Of a stretch of DNA of 64,000 nt, positions 9,080-17,707 are shown piece by piece. The translations under genes and the position numbers were made by a program. Every line of letters starts with the position of its first letter. Position 1 is the first letter of the stretch. Where the stretch lies: contig OZ246410.1 in NCBI GenBank assembly GCA_965231065.1, positions 42,396 to 106,395 of the forward strand, given 5' to 3'. The notes under the pieces were generated by a model. The model had not been told where the DNA came from, searched no databases, and saw only the letters and a list, made by a program, of their open reading frames with translations. The stretch is from an uncultured Methanosarcinales archaeon (GTDB lineage Archaea > Nanobdellota > Nanobdellia > Woesearchaeales > UBA10107).

Positions 9080-9618
9080 CGTTTGATCACCACAGGTCTG
9101 CTTTCGGTCAGATCAACAAGTGTTGATGGCCGGGCCTTCTTTGGTCCTTCATAGAGTATAAGATCAACTTTCTTTTTAATGCTTTTGTCCAGATTCGCTA
9201 ACGATGTCATGAACGGTTTACCTGAAAGGTTGGCAGATGTGGTGACAATCGGTCTGTTCAGTTGTGATGCGACTAATGAGATCCAATGCTTTGGAATCCG
9301 CACACCAAGTGTATCTTTTCCTTCATTGACTGCTCTTGCGATAGATTTTTTGTTCTTTAATCTCAGAATCAGTGTGTACGGACCTGGTAACTTATTTATC
9401 CACTTCTTTGAAGCAGCTGAAACAGAACAATTCTTCAGTATCCATTGTTTTGAAGGAGCGATGACTGAGAATGGTTTCGCATCTCTTCGTTTAATCTCTC
9501 TGATCCACTTTACCGCTCTCGTATTTGTCGCATCGCAGCCGATGCCATAGATCGTATCGGTCGGATATATGAAAATAATACCGTTTCGTATCTCATTCGC
9601 AAGTTCGGTATCTTCCAT
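9076..9618 (-). CDS. tsaC: L-threonylcarbamoyladenylate synthase (TsaC/Sua5/YrdC family)
   Basis: 180 aa with IYPTDTIYGIGCDA, PGPYTLIL, LGVRIP and TTSANLSGKP. Confidence 0.8.
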   Translation of the reverse strand: MEDTELANEIRNGIIFIYPTDTIYGIGCDATNTRAVKWIREIKRRDAKPFSVIAPSKQWILKNCSVSAASKKWINKLPGPYTLILRLKNKKSIARAVNEGKDTLGVRIPKHWISLVASQLNRPIVTTSANLSGKPFMTSLANLDKSIKKKVDLILYEGPKKARPSTLVDLTESRPVVIKR

Positions 9619-9674
9619 GGATGATTTAAAAGTTCATCTAAACTCTTATAAACTTTTCCCATAATCAGAAGACC

Positions 9675-10586
9675 ATGGCTAAATTAGCGAGAGTTGTCGA
9701 TGAGAAAGGCTTAGTTCCGGAAGATGTCTGGAAAAAGGTCGTGGATGATATCAAGAGTAAGACCTCTGGCAAGGCAGATAAGGAGCGACTAAAACAATCA
9801 ATCATCGAAGCAGTCAAGAAACGAATACCGAAGGAGCCGTTTGCGGTCTTCTTCTCCGGCGGTGTTGACTCTGCGTTAATAGCACTCATCTGCAAACAAT
9901 TAGATTTGAAATTTACCTGCTACGCAGTCGGATTCCAGCATGAGAATATGGAGATTCCCCAAGATATCTGGTTTGCGCGTGAGATGGCAAAGAAATTTGA
10001 CCTGAAGTATGTCGAGAAAGTATTCAATCTTAAAGAAGCGAAGGATATCATTACACAAGCAGTCAAGATATTTCCGAAACCAAAAGAATTCAACGCAGAA
10101 TATTACGTCACGATAGATGTCGCATCGGTCGTCATCGCAGCGAGATCGATCGCGAAAGAGAAGATATTTTTCTCAGGATTAGGCACAGAGGAGATTTTCG
10201 CAGGTTACAACAGACATCTGAAAGTCTCTGACGTGAATGAAGAGTGCTGGCGAGGATTACGAGAGATGTGGTCACGAGATTTGTATAGAGATGTTACGTT
10301 AGGCACTGCATTAGGCATTGATCTGCTGGTTCCATTCCTAGATGAAGAAGTCATCATCGAAGCGATGAAGTTCGACGGAGACAGGAAAATCAATGCAGAA
10401 CACAAGAAGATTATTTTGCGCGAGATAGCCGAGGAATTAGGATTGCCGAAAGAATTCGCCTGGAGAAGGAAACAGGGAGCTCAGTACGGCTCTAAGTTTG
10501 ATATGGCAATCGAGAAATTAGCGAAGATGAACGGTTTCAAGTATAAACAGGAATATTTGGAACAATTGATGAAAGAAGTCAAATAA
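9675..10586 (+). CDS. PP-loop ATP pyrophosphatase, asparagine-synthase C-terminal-domain-like
   Basis: 303 aa. The SGGxDS PP-loop is AVFFSGGVDSALIA. There is no N-terminal glutaminase domain. Confidence 0.6.
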   Translation: MAKLARVVDEKGLVPEDVWKKVVDDIKSKTSGKADKERLKQSIIEAVKKRIPKEPFAVFFSGGVDSALIALICKQLDLKFTCYAVGFQHENMEIPQDIWFAREMAKKFDLKYVEKVFNLKEAKDIITQAVKIFPKPKEFNAEYYVTIDVASVVIAARSIAKEKIFFSGLGTEEIFAGYNRHLKVSDVNEECWRGLREMWSRDLYRDVTLGTALGIDLLVPFLDEEVIIEAMKFDGDRKINAEHKKIILREIAEELGLPKEFAWRRKQGAQYGSKFDMAIEKLAKMNGFKYKQEYLEQLMKEVK

Positions 10587-10832
10587 TTATTCTTCTACAG
10601 TCTCTAACGCACCGACAATGCCTAACAGTTGTGTTCTCGTATAGGAATCAATATCAGAATTGGAAGCGAGTTCGTCCAATGCATGTGATGCTTTATTGAT
10701 TTTAATTGATAATTCCTCTTCTGCAGACAGGATAGTAACGATCTGACTGATCTTGCTCTTAATATTTTTCGTTGTTGAAGCATCTTCACAGACTTCATTC
10801 AATAACGTAACAATATCATCGACTGATGCCAT
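10587..10832 (-). CDS. UPF0147-family small helical protein
   Basis: 81 aa. The pattern TKNIKSKISQ...LDELASNSDIDSYTRTQL matches the archaeal UPF0147 family. It lies next to prefoldin beta. Confidence 0.55.
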   Translation of the reverse strand: MASVDDIVTLLNEVCEDASTTKNIKSKISQIVTILSAEEELSIKINKASHALDELASNSDIDSYTRTQLLGIVGALETVEE

Positions 10833-10836
10833 AGAA

Positions 10837-11151
10837 CTACTCCTTCCGTTCCTTCGTGAGCTGCTTCTGTATGACCGCAGCGTCGTCCTTGATCTTCTGT
10901 TCCTGCTTCTCCAATGTCTTCATACGTGTAGAAAATAATTCTTTTTTCTCTTCAAGATCTTTCTTCAAATCAGCTTTCTTGGCAGAGACCATGATGTTGC
11001 CGATGATCTTATAGGCAGTATCGGTCTTCTGCAGTTCAGCCAATGCCGATTCAACTTCAATCAATTGTGACTGGAACTGCTGCTTCTGCACCATGACAGA
11101 ATGCAAGGATTGCTCAAGAAGCTGTAAATGTTGGAATGATTCTTTATTCAT
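10837..11151 (-). CDS. pfdB: Prefoldin beta subunit
   Basis: 104 aa with two coiled-coil arms around KIIGNIMV. Confidence 0.75.
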   Translation of the reverse strand: MNKESFQHLQLLEQSLHSVMVQKQQFQSQLIEVESALAELQKTDTAYKIIGNIMVSAKKADLKKDLEEKKELFSTRMKTLEKQEQKIKDDAAVIQKQLTKERKE

Positions 11152-11165
11152 GGTGACTCAGGAAC

Positions 11166-11303
11166 TTAACGCGCCTTGACTTTCGTAGGCACTGATCGCT
11201 GCTTGTAAAGCATCTTACCGCCGCAATAAGGGCATCGGACCATTCTTCGTAAAGTAGTAGAATCGATCATTTTTCCGCAATCAAAACATTTGTACTCAAC
11301 CAT
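11166..11303 (-). CDS. rpoP: DNA-directed RNA polymerase subunit P (Rpo12)
   Basis: This is the last 45 aa of track ORF 11166..11609: MVEYKCFDCGKMIDSTTLRRMVRCPYCGGKMLYKQRSVPTKVKAR. It has a CxxC...CxxC zinc ribbon, and the ATG is cat at 11301-11303. Confidence 0.8.
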   Translation of the reverse strand: MVEYKCFDCGKMIDSTTLRRMVRCPYCGGKMLYKQRSVPTKVKAR

Positions 11304-11550
11304 GTTGTTCCTCTGTCTCTGCTTTTGATTCGTGCTTGACAACATATGCGGCGCCTGTGAATTTTGCGTTGCATGCATTGCAATGCCAGATTCCTGCAGC
11401 GACTCTTCGTACTTGTGATTTTGTGCAGTAAGGGCAGACCTGTCTCTTTCGCTGCTCTCGCTCAATATTAGAAATCTTTTCTCGGGTTGTTCTTCCGTAT
11501 CTGACGCCAAATCTGTTCGCTGCGCCTGCTTTCTTCTTTGCTTCTGCCAT
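11296..11550 (-). CDS. rpl37ae: Ribosomal protein eL43 (L37Ae)
   Basis: 84 aa with RFGVRYGRTTREK and CPYCTK...HCNACN. Confidence 0.85.
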   Translation of the reverse strand: MAEAKKKAGAANRFGVRYGRTTREKISNIEREQRKRQVCPYCTKSQVRRVAAGIWHCNACNAKFTGAAYVVKHESKAETEEQHG

Positions 11551-11579
11551 GGTGAATGTGAATTCTTATGCGTTTGAAA

Positions 11580-11685
11580 TGGGGCTGCCCGGATTCGAAC
11601 CGGGGTCACAAGGTCCCAAACCTCGAAGGATAACCAAGCTACCCCACAGCTTTACGCTGCTTTTAGGCTTACCAAAAGCAGTCCC
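11580..11685 (-). tRNA. tRNA-Pro(UGG) with a 32-nt non-canonical intron between positions 3 and 4
   Basis: By hand fold, exon 1 is GGG (11685-11683). Exon 2 (11650-11580) is GCUG UG GGGUAGCUUGGUUAUCCU U CGAGG UUUGGGA CCUUG UGAC CCCGG UUCGAAU CCGGG CAGCCCC A. After splicing the acceptor is GGGGCUG/CAGCCCC. Position 37 is G. The mature length is 74 nt and no CCA is encoded. Confidence 0.8.
11651..11682 (-). other. BHB (bulge-helix-bulge) tRNA intron, 32 nt
   Basis: The RNA reads UUACAG-UACG-GGA-CUGCUUUU-(GGUAAGCCU)-AAAAGCAG-CGUA-AAG-CUGUGG. That gives a 6-bp outer helix, a 4-bp central helix, two 3-nt bulges and an 8-bp inner helix. Confidence 0.75.
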
Positions 11686-11728
11686 GTACTGTAATTAGGA
11701 TAGCTTACAGCCTACACTTTCGAGAACG

Positions 11729-12340
11729 CTACCCATTTTTAAACCTATCGCTAAAGCCCAAGGAGGCCAAGAACTGCGGTATACTAGCTTGTCTGACCTT
11801 AAAATGCATGAATTTGGTAATCTTGCCGTCCTTTCTATTGTTACCTTTTGTGACCCAAATATCAGTGGTATCAACATTTAGCTCTTTTAACATATCTCTA
11901 AGGTCTTGCATGAATGCCTTGCCATTGTCAAGAATCATCTCGTTCTTTGCTAATCCGAATCTGATTCTTTTACTTCCGTTTTCTTTCCAAAATCCACCCT
12001 CACAGGCAAAGGCAACTTGCAGATATGATTTGCTAAATGTTGGATTTTCCTTTATCCATGCAGGAACTAAGAATTCTTTATTCACCTTGCTTCCTTTTGG
12101 TGTGCCAATCGAATGTAAAAATCTGGCAGTTTCACGATGGAATGCTCTATATTTTCTACTATGACCAAATCCTTGACCATCTTCATATCTTCCGACTAGA
12201 TTGAATTTTTGTTTGACCAATGATTTGAATTCCGACAGCATATCTTCTCTACTTGAAGAGAGATAAAAACATTTCAGATCTTCGGCAAGATGGCCGTCAA
12301 AAGTAAGGTAACTTACGATTCTTGTGGCGGCTTCGTCCAT
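11729..12340 (-). CDS. Free-standing double-motif LAGLIDADG homing-endonuclease-like protein
   Basis: The two motifs are IVSYLTFDGHL and YLQVAFACEGGFW, with the typical FLHSIGTPKGSKVNKEFLVPAWI segment between them. I place the start at ATG (cat 12338-12340). The track ORF begins at a GTG at 12376. Confidence 0.6.
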   Translation of the reverse strand: MDEAATRIVSYLTFDGHLAEDLKCFYLSSSREDMLSEFKSLVKQKFNLVGRYEDGQGFGHSRKYRAFHRETARFLHSIGTPKGSKVNKEFLVPAWIKENPTFSKSYLQVAFACEGGFWKENGSKRIRFGLAKNEMILDNGKAFMQDLRDMLKELNVDTTDIWVTKGNNRKDGKITKFMHFKVRQASIPQFLASLGFSDRFKNG

Positions 12341-12444
12341 AAAATAAAAAGAATAATTCTGTCTTAAATATCTCACGCGTACTTGTCTTGTGGGTCGTGA
12401 ACATTGCCGAAAGTAATATAAATGCTCTTATAACCTATTAATCC

Positions 12445-13551
12445 ATGGCAATAGACCCTAATGACCCATTAGCGAAGTACAAGCTCAAGAAGCTGTTGAA
12501 GAAAATAGAGAGCTTGAGCGCTCGTCATACAGAGCTCATCACTGTCTATGTTCCGCCCGGATATGATCTCATCAAAAAGATCCAGCAACTACAGGATGAA
12601 GTAGGCACTGCATCAAACATCAAATCATCTTCAACAAGAAAAAATGTCACCGAAGCGCTTGAAAAGATGATTCTGCTTTTGAAATCGATCGGCAAGACGC
12701 CAAAAAACGGACTCGCTGCATTTGCCGGCAATGTCGCCGAGAAAGAAGGTCAGGTCGAATGGTTCACCGAATACATCGATCCGCCATCGCCATTAAATCA
12801 AAATATTTATCGTTGTGATAAGAAATTTGTGACTGAAGGAATCAGAGACATGATCGCTTCCGAAGATATTTTCGGACTGATCGTATTAGACAGACGTGAT
12901 GCGACATTGGCTGTGCTCAGAGGAAAATCATTCAAGGTAATACAAAAGACACACTCAGAGGTTCCGGGGAAATTCAGGGCAGGCGGTCAGTCATCGATGC
13001 GATTCCAGCGAGTCAGGGAAGATTCAAAGCGAGAGCATTTCAAGAAAGTGGCAGAGATGATCAATGAACATTTCCTCAATATGCCCGGATTGAAAGGAAT
13101 CATATTAGGCGGTCCTGAAATCACGGTCGTTGACTTCCTGAATCAGGAATATATCACTGGCGATGTCCAAAAAAAGATCTTAGGCTACAAGCCATTGAGT
13201 TATACTGAAGAGTTCGGCATCGAAGAGCTCATCGATAAAGCGCAGGATCTGCTTGGTGAAGCAGAAGTCTCTGATGAGAAGAAGATCATGCAGAAATTCT
13301 TTGACTTATTGAATAAGAGAGAGAAGATTGTCGACTATGGTTATGATGCAGTCAAGAAAAAATTAGAAGCGGGAGCAGTCGACACGATTCTTGTCTCTGA
13401 AACACTTGAAGATGAAAAAATAGAAGAGCTCGAGGACCTGGCGAAGAAGTTCAGCACCAATTTCAAGATAATCTCTATCGACACCAGAGAAGGTGTTCAG
13501 TTACGGGAGATCGGCAAAGTTGCAGCAATCTTGAGATACGAAATACATTGA
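12445..13551 (+). CDS. prf1: Peptide chain release factor aRF1
   Basis: 368 aa with the NIKS motif (ASNIKSSS) and the GGQS motif (FRAGGQSSMRF). Confidence 0.9.
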   Translation: MAIDPNDPLAKYKLKKLLKKIESLSARHTELITVYVPPGYDLIKKIQQLQDEVGTASNIKSSSTRKNVTEALEKMILLLKSIGKTPKNGLAAFAGNVAEKEGQVEWFTEYIDPPSPLNQNIYRCDKKFVTEGIRDMIASEDIFGLIVLDRRDATLAVLRGKSFKVIQKTHSEVPGKFRAGGQSSMRFQRVREDSKREHFKKVAEMINEHFLNMPGLKGIILGGPEITVVDFLNQEYITGDVQKKILGYKPLSYTEEFGIEELIDKAQDLLGEAEVSDEKKIMQKFFDLLNKREKIVDYGYDAVKKKLEAGAVDTILVSETLEDEKIEELEDLAKKFSTNFKIISIDTREGVQLREIGKVAAILRYEIH

Positions 13552-14204
13552 TGACATTCCTACAAAAAGCATTAGTCGAACTGGGAATAGAGAAACCGTA
13601 TGAGACGGCGGTGAAGTATTCTGACCACTTCAACGATTATGGCGCGAATATACGAGTGTATCACGATAAGATAATTCTCAAGTTAAGCAAGGCGTGGAGA
13701 CACATCAGCGAAGAGATCAGGATCGGTCTGGCAGAGGAATTACTTGTTTCTCTATTCAAGATGAAGAAGAACACCATGAATATGGATCTGTATAACGGAT
13801 TTATTAAAAACCTACATATCGCGGTGAAGAAAGAAAAACCAGAACAGATGCTTCTTGATTCGTTTAATCGTGTGAATGAAAAATATTTCTTCAACGCTTC
13901 TGATATGCCAAACATCGTCTGGGGCGATATGACGACACGAAAACTAGGTTCATATGATTATCGGCAGGATACGATCACTATGAGTAAGGTGCTTGAGAAA
14001 CGTCCTGATTTTTTGGATCTGGTTATGCATCATGAATTGTTGCATAAGAAACATAAGTTCACTTCAAAGAACGGACGTTCGTTGCATCACTCTTCTACGT
14101 TCAGAAAAGAAGAGAAACAATTCGAGAACTTCGAAGCGTTGGAACAGGAACTGAAACGATATTTGGTGAAAGCTAATTTACGACGGCTGTTCAGTTTCTG
14201 GTGA
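13548..14204 (+). CDS. SprT/DUF45-like zincin metalloprotease (HExxH)
   Basis: 218 aa. The pattern WGDMTTRKLGSYDYRQDTITMSKVL...LVMHHELLHKKHKF fits this family. The start overlaps the prf1 stop by 4 nt. Confidence 0.5.
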   Translation: MMTFLQKALVELGIEKPYETAVKYSDHFNDYGANIRVYHDKIILKLSKAWRHISEEIRIGLAEELLVSLFKMKKNTMNMDLYNGFIKNLHIAVKKEKPEQMLLDSFNRVNEKYFFNASDMPNIVWGDMTTRKLGSYDYRQDTITMSKVLEKRPDFLDLVMHHELLHKKHKFTSKNGRSLHHSSTFRKEEKQFENFEALEQELKRYLVKANLRRLFSFW

Positions 14205-14366
14205 ATGATATAGAAAACTATATATACCAGTATAACGCCTTATAGTGTAGAAGAACATCAATTCTAAGCAAACGTTTATAAATTGAGTTTAACAAAAAAC
14301 ACGTAGAAATACGAAGGAAAAAACACGAAAGTCAAGCATAGCTTCACTTTCACAAATAAAGAAAAA

Positions 14367-16217
14367 ATGAAAATAAAAGAAAGAAAAATAACAGAAAAAA
14401 TAGAGAAATTGGTAGTGGACACATCAGTTCTCATAGAAGGATTAGTGTCTAAGAAGATACAGGAAAAGGAGATATCTCCAAAGAAGATATTCATCCATGA
14501 AGCGGTCATCGCTGAGCTTGAGAACCAAGCGAATTCAGGAAAAGAGATCGGCTACTTAGGATTAGATGAAATAAAGAAACTAAGACTTCTTGCAGAAAAA
14601 AATAAGTTTGAGATATCCTACACAGGAACCAGACCGAACGAATTCGAGATCCAACGGGCGAAATCAGGAGAGATCGATGCGTTGATACGAGAATTAGCGT
14701 ATCAGGAAAAAGCTCACTTCATAACGGCAGACAGAGTAAATGCTTTGGCTGCTGAAGCAAAAGGAATACAGACCATTCTTGTCGAGTTTGAGAAAGAATC
14801 AAGAGAACTTATGTTCGAGAAATACTTTGATGACACGACTATGTCGGTGCACATCAAGGAAAGCACAAAACCGGTCGCTAAAAAAGGAAAACCAGGCGAG
14901 TGGAGTCTTGTCGAAGTCGATGAAGAACTTGATGGCAAGACCATCGAGAAGATGGCGAAACAGATCGTCGAAGAAGCGACACGAAGACCTGATGCGTCCA
15001 TCGAAGTCGAACGGAAAGGATCGACCATCGTTCAACTAGGACGATACCGAACGGTCATCGTACGACCACCGTTCTCAGACGGATGGGAAATCACACTCGT
15101 ACGGCCAGTGAAGAAACTTTCATTGGAAGACTACAAGCTCAGCGAGAAACTGAAAGCACGATTGAACGGAAAAGCAGAAGGAGTCCTCATCGCAGGAGCT
15201 CCGGGCATGGGTAAATCAACATTCACTCAGGCGCTGACTGAGTTCTACGCAAAACAAAGCAAGATCATTAAGACAATAGAAGCACCACGAGATCTCGTTG
15301 TTCCTGATACAGTCACGCAATACGCGATTGGATTAGGAAGTTCTGAAGAGATCCATGACATCTTACTATTGTCAAGACCGGATTACACGATTTTCGATGA
15401 GATGCGAAACAAGGATGATTTTGAATTGTTCGCTGACCTGCGATTAGCAGGAGTCGGTATGGTGGGAGTCATCCACGCGACAAAACCGATAGACGCTATT
15501 CAAAGATTCATCGGCAAGATCGAGATGGGAGTGATCCCGCACGTCGTGGATACGGTCATATTCATCCAGAAAGGAACAGTCGCAAAAACATTCAGCATCA
15601 AGATGGAGATCAAAGTACCTGGCGGCATGACAGAAGCTGATCTGGCGCGACCGTGCGTCGTCATCAATGATTTCGAGACAGACAAACAGGAATACGAGAT
15701 CTACTCATACGGTAATGATACGGTCGTCGTTCCGATAACAGAGATCGCTGCGAAAGGAAGTCCGGTTCGGGAATTAGCGAAGATGGCTATCGAACGGGAG
15801 ATGGAACGATATGCAGATGAAGCTGAAGTCAGGATCGATTCAGACAATAAATTTACACTCTTTGTTCCGGAACATAATATCGCCTCGATCATCGGCAAAC
15901 AAGGAAAGAATATCGAGATGCTCGAGAAGATGTTCGGCATGAGCATCGATGTCCAGGAATTATCGGGAAAGACAACCGCGAAGAAGAAGCAGGGAGAATC
16001 AGTCTCATTCAAATCAGAATTCACCCACAAGAATGTGGTGTTGAAGATCGATGAGAGTTATGCAGGCAGAAATGTCAACATCTACATACGCGATGAACTG
16101 CTCATGACGGCCAATGTCGGCAAGAATGGCGAGATTAAGATCGGATCAGAGCATAAATTAGGAAAGACTCTGAAGAATGCACTGTCCTCAAAAGACAACG
16201 TTGAATTACGGATATGA
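14367..16217 (+). CDS. PIN-domain / PilT-like ATPase / KH-domain protein (archaeal COG1855 type)
   Basis: 616 aa. It has an N-terminal PIN-like KLVVDTSVLIEG, Walker A GAPGMGKST and a C-terminal KH-like IASIIGKQGKNIEMLEKMFG. Confidence 0.7.
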   Translation: MKIKERKITEKIEKLVVDTSVLIEGLVSKKIQEKEISPKKIFIHEAVIAELENQANSGKEIGYLGLDEIKKLRLLAEKNKFEISYTGTRPNEFEIQRAKSGEIDALIRELAYQEKAHFITADRVNALAAEAKGIQTILVEFEKESRELMFEKYFDDTTMSVHIKESTKPVAKKGKPGEWSLVEVDEELDGKTIEKMAKQIVEEATRRPDASIEVERKGSTIVQLGRYRTVIVRPPFSDGWEITLVRPVKKLSLEDYKLSEKLKARLNGKAEGVLIAGAPGMGKSTFTQALTEFYAKQSKIIKTIEAPRDLVVPDTVTQYAIGLGSSEEIHDILLLSRPDYTIFDEMRNKDDFELFADLRLAGVGMVGVIHATKPIDAIQRFIGKIEMGVIPHVVDTVIFIQKGTVAKTFSIKMEIKVPGGMTEADLARPCVVINDFETDKQEYEIYSYGNDTVVVPITEIAAKGSPVRELAKMAIEREMERYADEAEVRIDSDNKFTLFVPEHNIASIIGKQGKNIEMLEKMFGMSIDVQELSGKTTAKKKQGESVSFKSEFTHKNVVLKIDESYAGRNVNIYIRDELLMTANVGKNGEIKIGSEHKLGKTLKNALSSKDNVELRI

Positions 16218-17491
16218 TAGACATCAACCTATTGAGAACAAATCCTGAGTTGGTGAAAGACAACATCAGAAAAAAGTTCCAGAAAGACAAGATCAAACTA
16301 GTAGATGAAGCAGTCAAGCTCGATTCTGAGATCAAGCAATTAAAACAGCAGGCGCAGGATCTGCGTACTGAACGAAATACGCTCAGCATGCAGATCAATG
16401 ACGCCAAGAAAGCAGGCAAAGACGTCAAGAAGATTCTCGATAAGGCAAAGAAGATACCTGAGCAGATCAAGGAGATCGAAGACGAAGAGCTCAAACTGGA
16501 CCATAAGCTGACTGAGATCATCTACGCGTTACCGAACATGATGCATGCCTCGGTGCCGCTCGGAAGAGATGCATCTGAGAACAAAGAACTCAGGAAGATA
16601 GGAAAGCCGAAAGAATTCAAGTTCGAAGTGAAGAATCACGCAGAACTCGCAGAGAAGTTGCATGTCGCTGACTTCGATGCATCAGCAAAGACTTCGGGCA
16701 CTGGCTTCTACTATCTCGAGGGAGATTTAGCATTATTGAACCAAGCACTCATCAGATTCGCGATCGATACCATGGTCGATAAGGGATTCAGATATATCGA
16801 GACGCCCTTATTGCTGCGCGGAGATGTGATCTCAAACGTGACTGATCTTCATGACCAGAAGATGCAGATCTACAAAGTCCAGGATCAGGACTTATTCCTC
16901 ATCGGCACAAGCGAGCATTCGCTTATCGGCAGATACATCGATACGATCATTCCTGAATCTGCATTACCGATAAAACACACCGCCTATTCGATGTGCTTCA
17001 GAAAAGAGATCGGCAGTCATGGCATCGATGAGAAAGGACTATTCAGAACACATCAGTTCAACAAAGTAGAGATGATCGTAGTGTGTAAACCCGAAGACTC
17101 TATGCGGTTCTACGAGGATATGCAGAACATCACGATCAATATATTCAAGTCATTGGATATTCCGATCCGTGTATTGGGAATCTGTTCAGGGGATCTGGGA
17201 GATCTGAAACATGCGCAGGTCGATATCGAAGCATGGAGTCCGCGGAAGAAAGAATATTTCGAGGTCGGTTCCTGTTCCAATCTCACCGATGCGCAGGCAC
17301 GGAATCTGAAAATACGGGTCAACGGCGCGAAGGGAAAATACGCACCGCATACTTTAAATAATACTGCTATTGCTACATCTCGAGCGCTGGTTGCTCTCTT
17401 AGAGAATCATCAGAACGCAGATGGCAGCATCACAATACCAAAAGCACTTGTGCCGTATATGAACGGCAAGACTACCATACAAGGAGGTTAG
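16214..17491 (+). CDS. serS: Seryl-tRNA synthetase
   Basis: 425 aa. It has an N-terminal coiled-coil arm (MIDINLLRTNPELV...), plus FRKEIGSHG and GSCSNLTDAQARNL. Confidence 0.9.
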   Translation: MIDINLLRTNPELVKDNIRKKFQKDKIKLVDEAVKLDSEIKQLKQQAQDLRTERNTLSMQINDAKKAGKDVKKILDKAKKIPEQIKEIEDEELKLDHKLTEIIYALPNMMHASVPLGRDASENKELRKIGKPKEFKFEVKNHAELAEKLHVADFDASAKTSGTGFYYLEGDLALLNQALIRFAIDTMVDKGFRYIETPLLLRGDVISNVTDLHDQKMQIYKVQDQDLFLIGTSEHSLIGRYIDTIIPESALPIKHTAYSMCFRKEIGSHGIDEKGLFRTHQFNKVEMIVVCKPEDSMRFYEDMQNITINIFKSLDIPIRVLGICSGDLGDLKHAQVDIEAWSPRKKEYFEVGSCSNLTDAQARNLKIRVNGAKGKYAPHTLNNTAIATSRALVALLENHQNADGSITIPKALVPYMNGKTTIQGG

Positions 17492-17494
17492 ACT

Positions 17495-17707
17495 ATGGCA
17501 GACGATTTCGAAGACGAAGAGTTTACGGAAGAAGATAAAGAAGAGAAGGGTGAAGATGCTCTCGAAGAAGATCTTGAGAATGATGAGATAAAAGATTGGG
17601 AAGAAGGATTCAGCAAAGGAGAAGAAGAAGCTGAATACGAAGAAGAGAAGAAAGAAGAACCCAAAGAAGAAGGAGAGGAGGAAAAACCTGCTGAAGAAGA
17701 GTTCTAA
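17495..17707 (+). CDS. Extremely acidic 70-aa protein (E/D/K-rich) ending AEEEF
   Basis: The sequence is MADDFEDEEFTEEDKEEKGEDALEEDLEND...EEEKPAEEEF. Its stop abuts the ATG of orc1/cdc6 copy 2. Confidence 0.5.
   Translation: MADDFEDEEFTEEDKEEKGEDALEEDLENDEIKDWEEGFSKGEEEAEYEEEKKEEPKEEGEEEKPAEEEF

Noticed and set aside
11166-11609. 147-aa minus-strand ORF spanning rpoP, rpl37ae and part of the tRNA
   Set aside because: Only the last 45 aa (the RpoP zinc ribbon) are credible. The upstream part overlaps eL43 in another frame and runs into tRNA-Pro.
11686-12444. Possibility that the LAGLIDADG ORF lies inside a very large tRNA intron
   Set aside because: The 32-nt intron closes a complete BHB, with the GGG exon at 11683-11685. 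I found no alternative 5' acceptor strand upstream of the ORF.
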